Source: Geosiphon pyriformis uo1 (Eukaryota > Fungi > Glomeromycota). From it: a stretch of 63,721 nucleotides of DNA. The notes below the pieces were generated by a model. It was not told the origin of the DNA, did not search any database, and saw only the letters and a list, made by a program, of their open reading frames with translations. The DNA is taken from positions 1-63,721 of the forward strand of contig JAAOMT010000283.1 in NCBI GenBank assembly GCA_016748015.1, written 5' to 3'. Made by a program: the position numbers and the translations under genes. This document shows positions 24,197 through 35,100 of this stretch, one piece after another (the first letter of the stretch is position 1; the number at the start of each line of letters is the position of its first letter).

Positions 24197-27185
24197 GTTG
24201 TTTATTTTTTCCTATTGGTTAATAGTGATTGTTTCCATGTTAGAATATAACAATATTTCTGGCTAATTTTGAAATATTATGTGTAGTCGATAGATTGTTC
24301 TAATGTGCAGTGTTAGATTTGTCTCCTTTTCAATAATATTTTCAATATTCTGTATTATTTCTTGATTGAATATTTTTTTAGTTTTATCAAGATATAATTT
24401 CTAAATGTTCAACTTTTGTTCCAACTGATAATAGCAGTATGGTATTAGAAGTTGTTTTGTTTATTGTTTCTAATTTTTTTTTGAAAGTTCTTCTGTTGAA
24501 ACCATAATGGGTATTTTTCTAAAAGTGTTTTTTATTTTCTCTACTATTTTATCTAACCAGTTTCTTGATTGTTTTTATGATCACTGATATAATGTACTTT
24601 TTTCTTTTTGTTTAGTGTTTTAATAACAGATTGTTTGATAATTGATAACAATTTCCATGTTTAATTGCTGTTAACTTAAGACTTAAAACAATTGTTGAGC
24701 TAAGGTGTGAATATGATCTGGTATTTCTATTTTTTTGTTGCTTTTGTTGTATATATCATGTCTTTATATACTTTTTTGATTATTCAATTTAATGTGTTTG
24801 GTTTAATGATTATGATTGGTTTCAAATCTCATGGAATCTCATCTGGTTGGATTAATATTTGTTGTATTCCTAGTTGTAAAATATTATTGGTAGATGATAA
24901 TACTATATAATGATATAATTTCAGTCAATTACTATGTGCTGCTTTGGCTAAAATTTTGTTGTTCAATTTTAATTTATAAGCTCTATTTCTTAGACTTTCT
25001 TCTATGTGAAATGATCCATTTTATTTGGAGTCAAATTTTCCACTTCATTGTTTTTTCACTTTGGTACAATGTAAAAATACTTTGTCTTCTATCTTAAATT
25101 TAACTGGTTTATCTGGTAGTTAGTTATTGTGTCTTTCTTTTTGTTTTTCTTGTGACTTCTAAATGTTATTAGCTGCTCTTTGCTGTTTGTTTTCTAGTGT
25201 TTTTATTAAGTTTTATGTTTTTTTCAACAATGTTTCTTAAAAATTGTCTTCTGTTATTGGTTTAGTTAGATATGTGCTGACTTTTATCTCCACTAGTAAT
25301 GTTGTTGTTCTATCATATACTAATTCAAATAGTGTTGCTTGTGTAGTGTCTTGTTTTATTGTCTAATAAGCAAATAATACTAATAGTATAAACAAATTCT
25401 ATTTGTCTTGATTTTTTTGGCTGATTGTGGCAATTGTTTTACATAATATTCTATTGAATCTTTTAACTAAGCTATTGGTTTGTGAATGATATAGTAATAA
25501 TAATAGTCTTTTTATTCCAAATCTTTGACTTAATTTTGCTAATGTTCTATTCATAAAATGAGTTCTTTGGTCAAATAGTAATTTTTTTGTGCATCCATGT
25601 TAACAAATCAAATCTTGATAAACAAATTCAGTGATGAATTCTGTATCTGCTCTTTAAATGGCTTTTGCTTCTGGCCACTTAGTAAGATAATTTATGACTA
25701 TTGCAATATATTTGTTTCTTCTGCTGGTTATTGTTAATGGTTTAACTAAGTCAATTTCAATGTGATCAAATGGTTGTCTCACTTTGATTGGTCTTAGTGG
25801 CTTACTGGGTCTTGTTCCTTTTTTTTTCTGACAAGCATCACAATTTTGCACATATTTGATGATATTTGGATACATAGATGGCCAGTAGTATTTTTTTTTG
25901 ATTCTTTCTATTATTGCTTCTTTGTAAAAGTATTCTGCCATTGAATCTGAGTACATGTTAAACAGTATTGTCTTTTTTTCTGGCTTTGTGATTATTCTGG
26001 TTGGTTAATTTGGATCTTTTTAATTTTTCCAGTAAAATATACTTTGATGATTGATAAAATATTTTGATTGTTGTTTTATGCTGTTTTGTTTTTTTTGAGA
26101 TAATTTTTTTTTAAACTGTTGAATATTTATATAATGCTGGAGTTGTTAGTATTTTTGTGTATTTATTTTTTTGTTATATTTTTGTGTTGCAATGTTTAGA
26201 TTTTGTTATATTTTTGGGTTAGAATGTTCAGATTTGTTTCATTTGTGACAAACTATCAGTATTTCCATTTTCTTTTTTTTTATAGTGTACAGTAAAAGTA
26301 TATGATAATAGTGTTATTTTTCATATTGCATGTTAATTGTCTCCAAATTTTTGTTTTTGTATTGAAGTCAATCCTTTATAATCAATGTGTACTTCAAATT
26401 TCTGACTTAAGTATTCCTTCCATTTTATAACAGCCCAATAAATTGCTAAGTGTTCTAGTGCTAGTGTCTTATAGTTTTTTCAGCTAATATTAAGTTTTAG
26501 CTGGCATATGCTACTGAATGTTTTCTTCTATCTGGATTTTTTTGTGATAGTATTGCTTCCAATACTTGACCTGATACATTAGTGGTAATAATGAATAGTT
26601 TACTATGATCTGAATAGATCAGTACTAAAGCTTGAATGAGCTTTCTTCTTAGTGTGTTAAAAGCTTCTTGTTGTGTTTTGGTCTATTTATATTTAATATT
26701 CTTGGTTTGTAGATAATATAGTAATTGAGCCAGTTTGGAAAAGTTCTTGATAAAGTGACAATAGTATTCTGTGAATTCTAAGAATACTTGTAACTTGGTC
26801 AAGTTGGTGAGTACTGAAAACAATTTTACTACTTCAATTTTATCTGAATCTGTTTTAATATTCTTTTTGTTTACAACATGTCCCAAAAACTTGAATTTTG
26901 TCTTGCCAAAGAAACACTTGGTTGCATTTAATTTTAATTCTGTTCTTCTCAGTCTTTTAAACACTTGCTAAAGATGATAAAAATAATCATCAAATGTTTT
27001 TGAAAACATATTGGTATTGTCTAAATATATGACTACTAATTTTTATAGCAATTTGATGTAAATAATTTCCATTAGCCATTGGAATGTTGCTGGTACATTA
27101 GTTAAGCCAAATGGCATTAATTCAAATTCAAAATTCTCTTTTTTTGTAATAAATGTTGTTTTCTCTTTATCTTCTGAATTCATGA
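24197..27185 (-). mobile_element. Internal 3' half of A0: RT C-terminal part, RNase H, integrase, ORF3
   Basis: Minus-strand ORFs 26683..26964 (RT thumb) and 25654..25956 (IN: CDAC, EIDLVKP). Near-colinear with A1 20286-23240. Confidence 0.9.
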
Positions 27186-28208
27186 TATTATGGATAAACT
27201 TGGTGGGATATGATAGTAACATTTGGTGCTCTAATTTGGAGTTCTGGATTGGTTGGCTTTTGTTGTATCAGTGTTATCAGTCTCTGAAGGTCTATTCTTG
27301 CATGTAAATTTACTTGTTGAGTTCTTTGGTTATAAGGCACAGAGTTGGTATTTTGTTGATTACAACGTTTTTCCTTAAAGATGAGTTTTCTTCTCCAAGC
27401 TAACGAGCGTGGTTATTAGAGTCTGGCATTGTCTTTTTGCCCTTCTGGTAAGCTAACAAGATAAAGTTAATATCCAAAAACCTAAGGGGAGCTTCTCTCT
27501 TTTACCAGACTATTACGAAGTCTATTCCCAAACAGTCAATTTTACTATGTTGCTGCTCCACAAAAGAAAAGAAAAATAAAGAAAAAAAAGAAAATAAAAG
27601 AAAATAAAAGAAAATAAAAAGGGAAAGAGTAAAAGAAATTAGTATTGTCAATCACCGTGATCAAGAACAATTGGTCCAAGTCATTAATGGTTCAAGATGA
27701 TTTATGTTAAGAGCATCTGTTCTGGAATGGAGTTAGGAAGTAATAAATTAATTGAAACATAGAAGTTGGAAGACCCTAGGTTTGTAATTTGGAATATTTG
27801 ATTTATTTCAGAATCTGTGTACAGGCTAAGATATGAAAGAGTAAAAAAAATTTATTCTTGTCTAGTTGTTTGTTCTTTTAACTTCTACAATTACTTGTTT
27901 TTATACATTCTTTTGGTTTTACAGGATTGCTTATAATTGTTACGTTATCACTAGCTATTGCTTCGTTATTTCTGTTATTGCTTTGTTATTCTACATTATT
28001 GCTAGTTATCTTATGTTATAACATGTTATCTGGCATTATTACATGCTATTCTGTGTTATCCTATGTTATAATGTGTTATCCTGCATTATTCTAAGTTATA
28101 ACGCGTTATTCCACATTATTGTGTGTTATCCTGTGTTATGTCATATTTTGTTCACATTTTGGTCATGTTTCTCTCCTAACTTAGATTGGTTTTTCTACTC
28201 AGGTAACA
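27186..28208 (-). repeat. 3' LTR of D, with a ~10-bp periodic array (TTATCCTGTG-like) at ~27940-28145
   Basis: T(G>A)TTATGG...GGTAACA ends, followed by ttattcctttc (PPT, reverse complement). Confidence 0.85.
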
Positions 28209-28219
28209 TTATTCCTTTC

Positions 28220-28957
28220 TTTTTAAAATTAAGCTCTTGTGAAACTGTATGTATCTGTTGTCATGGCTTTGTTCGTGTAATGTTCGATGGTTGCCTTGAG
28301 TATTGTCTCTTGTAGGTCTTTGAATTGTTGATTGGTTATTCGTTCTATGTTGTTAACCATTATGGTTTTCATAGATTTGTTCAGTAATACGTTTGGGCAA
28401 TATTGGAAGGTGGTGTATAATCAGTATGCTACTTTGTAATATAGGGTTAAGTTGTTTTTTCCTATGAATTTTTCTACTTATTGCATTGTTTCTTTGTTGA
28501 ACGTTCTTTGGCTGAGGTCTTTGTATGGTGTTTTTAAGTCAAACTGCTCTCTAATTTTGTAGAACCAATAGGCTGGCAGAAGTCTTTTTTTTCATTTCTG
28601 GGCATTGTCTAGTGTTCATTCTTCTGTTTCAGAGAGTTTGGTCCTCCGAGCCAAAGCTTGTTTTATTTCTTTGAGCTCAGGGACCAAGTATCTTTTTTTA
28701 TAAAATAATTTCCATTCCTCCACTCTTTTTTCTCTACCTTCCACCCAAAAGCAATTTTTTCTCCAATATTGCCTTTCAGGTAGTGTGTAGGGAAAGAAAC
28801 GTTTAGTTTTTTTTGAACTCTTATCCTCCCCTCTCCTGCTCTTATCTTTGTACCATATCTCTTTTTTATCAATTGTTATTTCTATTTGAACAGGAGATTA
28901 TTGAATTGCATCAAACAGTTGTTTCGAAAGTTGTAAAATTTGATCTGAAAGGTCCAT
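28220..28957 (-). pseudogene. D ORF3 (disrupted)
   Basis: MDLSDQILQLSKQLFDAIQ..QIEITID ... ERITNQQFKDLQETI, homologous to the A and C ORF3. Confidence 0.65.
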
Positions 28958-29039
28958 GTTGAACTTCTGTTGACTTATTTTTGTTGTTTCAGTGGTTATA
29001 TATACTTGAATTTTCCAATTAAATAGTCGCATATTATTT

Positions 29040-30407
29040 TTATGTTTTGATGATAATAATTGATTCCAGATCTCATGGTATATTTTCTGGTCTGATTAAT
29101 GGAATTTGTGTTCCTAACTAAGGTACTGATGACAATAACTGCTGTTTTGCATGATAAATTTTCAATCAGTTCTTATGAGCTACTTTCTTTAGAATCTTGT
29201 TTTCCAATCGTAATTTGTAAGCTTTATTTCCTAAAGCTTTGTGTATGTGGAATGAACTGTTCCACTTTGGGTCAAACTTTTCACTTTACTGTTTCTTAGC
29301 TTTTGTATGGTGTAATAGTACTTGGTCTCTAATCTTGAATTTCATTGGTTGTTCAGGCAGGCAATTGTCATGTCTTTCCTTTTGCCATTTTTGAGCATTA
29401 CTAATATTATCAGCTGCTGTTCTTCGGTTGTTTTCAAACATTTCCATTAGCTAGTACATTCTTTGGTGTAAGGTAGCTTCAAAATTCTCTTTGGTAATTG
29501 TTTCTATTGGGTAGGACAATATTTCTTGTTTTATAGGTAACGTAGCTTTTCTTCCATAGATTAATTCAAATGGTGTGAATTGTGTCATATTTTGCTTTAG
29601 TATTCAGTATGCAAAGAGTACTAAAGGTATGAATAAGTCTCATTCTTGTTCATTTTCTTGACTTATTTTTGCTAGTGCTTTACACAGTGTTTGGTTAAAT
29701 CTTTCTACCAGTCTGTTTGTTTGTGGATGGTATAGTGACAATAAAGAATGTTTTATACCAAACTGTTGGCTTAGTTTAGTTAGTGTATTATTAACAAAAT
29801 GTGTTCTTTGATTAGATAATAATTTTTTTGGGTATCCATGTCGGCAAATTAGGTCTTGATGCACAAATTTGGCTACTGTTTTGGCATTGGCCACTTGGAT
29901 TGCTCTGGCTTTTGGCCATTTTGTAAGATAGTCTACTGCTACTGTGATGTAACAATTTTCTTTGGATGTTATGGAGAGAGGACCAACCAAATCAATCCCA
30001 ATTCTATCAAATAGATTTTCAACTGGAATGGGTTGAAATGGTTCCATTATTCTGGCTCCTCTTTTTTATTGGCATGAGTCACAATTGAGAACATATTCGA
30101 AGATATTCTTATATATCATAGGCCAATAGTATAGATTTGTTGTTCTTTCCAGAGTTGTATCTTTGTTGAAGTGTCCTAAAGTTGGGTCGGAGTGCATACT
30201 ATATAATATAGCTTTTTTTTCACTGTTCTTAATCAATCATTGTGAGGTGTGGTGGTTTTGTTGTTTTTGACAATAGAGTTGGTCATTTTGAATAAAGTAA
30301 TTTTGTGCTTGTTTTCATATGGTATTTTGTTCCTGTTGAGATAAAATCTCCTTAAAACGTAGTGTCAATAGGTACTAATGTAATTGCTGATAAGTAAGTG
30401 TGTTCAT
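29040..30407 (-). pseudogene. D integrase, separate ORF
   Basis: RH stop TAA at 30420-30418, 10-nt spacer, ATG at 30407 (MNTLTYQQL). GIDLVGP, LVERFN. Confidence 0.85.
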
Positions 30408-31214
30408 GGGTCCGAGATTAGGTTTGTGGCATTCTCGACAAATTGTTAGCATTGGTGTTTTTGGATTCTTCCTTGTAATAAACTTTGAGTGAGAATTGTT
30501 GTAAATAAGTACTCCATCTTGCATATTTCTCTTCTAGCTGTGGATTGTTGAGTAACCAAATAAGTCCTTTGTAGTTAGTATATAGGTTAAATAGTTGACC
30601 AAGGTAATGTTTTCACATCTGTACTGCTCAATAGATGGCGAGACATTCCAAATTGGTTGTGCTGTAATTTTTTTCCACTAAACTAGTGCTGTGACTGGCA
30701 TAGGCAATTGGATGTTCTCTATTGTCTGGTTCTATCTGTGATAAGATTGCTCCTAGAGCATTTTTCAAGGTGTTTGTAGTGACAATGAATCGTTTAATGA
30801 AGTCTGGATAGATCAATATGGGGGAGGTGATTAATTGTTGCTTAAGATAGTTGAATATTTTCTGTTGATCTTCTTTCCACAGATACAGTATGTATTTGGA
30901 CAACAAGTGATGAAGTGGTTTTGTAATAGTTGAGAAACCTTTGACAAATTGACAATAGTATTCTGCCAATCCTAGAAATTCTTGTAATTCTCTGAGGTTA
31001 ATTGGGGCTGGAAAATCTTTAACTTTCTGGACCTTGTCCAAGTTAGGTTTGACTTTGTCTTTGCTGATTATGTGTCCTAGGAATTTCAACTCGGTTTTTT
31101 CAAAGAAACATTTCTCAGGATTGAGTTTTAATTCAGCACTACAAAGACGTTTGAAAACTTGTTAAAGATGGAGTAAATAATTATCAAACGTTTCAGAGAA
31201 GACATTGGTGTTAT

Positions 31215-32063
31215 TGTTACAGTTTAAGAATTTAGCAAAAGAATCATAAAAATAATATAAACTATTCAATCATAATATAGCACAGTAATAATCTTAAAAA
31301 AGTAATGATTAACATAGTAGCAAATACCATCTTGCAATAGTGGCAAGCACCAGTTCACAATAGCAGTCAATACCAACTGGTAATAGCAGCAAACATCAGG
31401 TTGAAATATCAAAAAGAAAGTATTACAATGTGTTTTCTCATAGAACTACAAATATGTATATATATAGTAGCTTTAATATTGAGAAAAGTCAATCAAGTAA
31501 TAAAAATCATAACTTATCAAGCAATAGATCCAATTTATCCAACAAACTCCACTTTAAAATTGTACTTTTAAATCAAAAAAAAATAAAAAAGAATATTTAA
31601 AACTGAATTATCACAATCCCAAAATAGTAAGAAACTCACTTGTATTATTTATTAAATGAAATTATTATTCATCAGCTGAATTCCTTGAAAGAATAATCCC
31701 TAATTAAGATTATTCACGTTGTTACTAATTGATAAAAGCTTATTGTGAGAATTAGGAAAAGCGCCAAAGGCCATTAACATTCTGTGTTTCTAGATTAGAG
31801 AAACACATTAGGCAATTGCAAGAATAGCCTCAGAGAAGACCCCAAACAGCGAGTAGATTTCAGCTCAGCCTCTGAGAAGGAATACATAAACACACACAAC
31901 AATCAGAAATTGAGAAATAACTTATATTGTGACATTAAAGAGAAAGCCTTCAGTATAACAGTGACATTATCACACAAATAGAATTGAGGAACTCACAAGA
32001 AACTGATTGCAATTAAAATGGGATATTAGCAATTAAATATACCAAAAAAACCATCCTGTAACA
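31215..32063 (+). repeat. 5' LTR of C1
   Basis: TGTTACA...TGTAACA ends; direct repeat with 41052-41901. Confidence 0.93.
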
Positions 32064-32082
32064 TTTGGTGAACCCTATAAGG
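32064..32082 (+). promoter_or_regulatory. PBS of C1 (TT-TGGTGAACCCTA..AGG), different from family A
   Basis: Immediately follows the LTR. The same PBS occurs in B on the minus strand. Confidence 0.8.
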
Positions 32083-32145
32083 AAAGAAAATCAAAAAGAA
32101 AATAATAATTAGCAATAATTCATTGCTAAAAAGAAAAAGACAAAA

Positions 32146-35100
32146 GTGACGACAAAAATCTCTAACCTTATTGTTCTTGAATTCTGCCGTGCTATTTACA
32201 CACAAAATTAAAGTGATCTTGGATTACCAGAAGGATGTTGTCCAGCAGAATCTGCTCTTACTTATTATATCAATGCCAGAATAAATTATCATATAGGAAA
32301 AGAAGAAAAACCACATAATGCAAAACTTGGATTGTATAGAGAATTATCACAATACACTACAAAGAAAGTAGCAGTAATAGCTGCAACTATTGTCAAAATT
32401 CATTGAGAAATTGATCAATATGCCAACAAAAATTTTCCAATATCTACAGAAAATATTAGGGAATACACCAACAAAACAAAAGAAAATTTAGAAACTAATC
32501 AGAAAAGTAACCAGCAAAAACTAGGAACACCTGCTCAAACACCAAAGAAAACTGTCACTCAATCAATAAAGAAACAATGTATTTATTCACCAGAAAATAA
32601 ATCATACCATTTTTCACCAGAAAATAAGATACAAATTTCATTAGGAGCTGCATCATCATTAACATCAACTTCACAAATGCCAAGAACTCCTAGTTATACT
32701 GATAAAATTAAACAACATAACTGGGGAGACATACCAATTACAGGAGGATATTTATTGCTATTCCAAAACTCTTTTTTTCAGTCAAAATTCGGAACAGAGT
32801 TTGAAAACCATGAAGAGGAGTTTGAATTAGAATCCAAAAAAGAGACCAGTGAAAAAACAATCACAAGACCAGTTATTGGAACAAGCAGCCAGTCCAGAAA
32901 TCAAGAAACTCATGATCAAGAGAAAGAACCAAATATAAGAGAAGCCACCTTTAGGAATGCTCAAGGAAATATCATCCCACCTCCTCTTAGACCAATAAGC
33001 CCACCAGCAGAAAATGGCAACAAAATGACCACATCATACATCGCAAGACTAACAAATTTCTCAGGAGAGGAAGAAAAAACAGACGTGCACATGTGGCTCA
33101 GAAAAGCGCAAAAAGCCATCCAGGCAAATAACTGGAATGACCAAAAAGCAATTCAAATATTACCTTTCTTTCTGAAAGGCACAGCTGACTCGTGGTATTA
33201 AAGCCTGGAAACAAAACCCATGAGCTTCACTGAATTTAAAAATGCACTTCTGAAGTATTTTAGTGACCTAAACGCTGTAATCCAACTACAAAACGAATTC
33301 AATACTATCAAGCAAGGTACTAATGAAACTGTCATCCAATACCTTGCTCGATTCAATCAAATTTGCCATTAAATTGAAATGATTGAACAAGAATACTACA
33401 CTGATCCTCAGGTTTTAAATCAGTTTATTAGAGGATTAAAAAGCAGCATTTTAGGAAGAGTATGCCCTGCCCACTCTAATTTCTTACCAGAAGCCATTAC
33501 ATTCACCAGAGCCCTTGAATCGGCTGAAAAAAAAGCTAATTATTGTTACCAGTAGAATTTTAGCTATTAATTAGCATGAAATTACTCTTATAATTCTTAT
33601 AATTCATTAATATATTAATATTATTTCAAATTATCATTTATTATTTAATCAATTATCACATATCATGATTCAATTAAAATAATCTAATTAGTATAACAGA
33701 AAGTAGGATGATCAAATTACACAATACCCTGAACTTTGTAACATTCAAAAATTTGCCGAAATTTACAGAAATTCGCCGAAATTTATAAGAAATTCGCCGA
33801 AATTTACAGAAATTCGCCGAAATTATGAATAGTTCACCCAAATTAATCAATAGTTTAGCAAAATAACTTGTAGTTTATCAAAATGTATTTTTAGTTCACC
33901 AAAATTTAAGCAAAGAGAAAAGTACAAGTTCATAGACTAATACTACAACAAGTTGTATAAAAGAAGAGCTTTTCTCTTCTGGAAAATGTATCTTACTTTA
34001 GATTTATCTCTTAAAACCATTCCTATATACACAAAAAAAAATAAATATCCAATAATTCGAAAAAACCAAATTCTTTAATTATTGTACTTGGAAAATTCCC
34101 AAAACTCAACTAACATTTCGAAATTGATTAGCTATCTATTTCAGTAAACTGTTAGTAACTCCAGGCCTGGATAGAAAACGTTTCTCTTGACAAAATTCTA
34201 TTTTTTTTACATTTTTTTTATTTTTATTTTTTTTTCTTATTACAATTATTAGGGTAGCCTACAGACAAGATTCCTGTAGAAGAGTTGACTTTCACAGCAA
34301 AGTAACTACACATTTTTAGTGAGCTTCCAGATGAGCAATTCTTGGGAAAGAGTTGACATTTACTACAACATAACTACATAAAGTAACTGGCAAGGAATTG
34401 GTCATTCTACTTATAAGCCCAGCAAGTTCAAATTATAGAAGATAATTTGAAGATAAATTCAGTTATTGGAGGTTTAACTACTTCCTAAGAACGTGAATTC
34501 ACAGCAAATCAACATTACCAACATTTAAGAAAAGAGAAAAAAAACCTCTGATAACACTATAGTCAAATGGTTAACATAGTAATAGAAGAAAATAAGACAA
34601 AAACATTAAAGAAAAGAGTAATGCAATTAGAGGAGGAACTCTCTAAGAAAATAGAAAGTTATCTCATCCTGGATCCAAGAAGAAATACATACCAACCACC
34701 CCAAAGATGCAGCCAAAAAGTCAGTGACAGTCGAAATAATTGTTCATCGTGCCAGGAATTCAGAACAGAAATGTGTATCTACCATTTTTGCAAATGCGTA
34801 GGACATTTGATTAGTCAATATTGAATGCGAATGATACAGAAAGCATGCAAAAATAATTATTATGTGCCACTCCAAATGTCCAGAAACCAGTACATGTTAA
34901 TACCATACCAATATTCCACCATGTATCAAAATCAAAGAACTTACCAGCAACAGTCCATGATAGCCAACCTGAATTGGCATCCCAAGCCCTGAAATCAGCC
35001 CATGTGAAACCAGAATGCATTGGTTCAGAGGAATCCAAACTGCACTGGAACCAGTCAGCAAACCAATCCAAACTACCAAAATTATCAACAAACTTACCTT

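Noticed and set aside
27186-27240. Apparent 36-bp mini-LTR followed by a PBS on the + strand (TRIM-like)
   Set aside because: It lies inside the 1-kb minus-strand LTR of D, which ends at a PPT. It is the inverted U5 arm, and there is no second copy or internal region.
28043-28315. Hydrophobic Cys-rich 90-aa ORF resembling a membrane peptide
   Set aside because: It is the translation of the 10-bp LTR tandem array.
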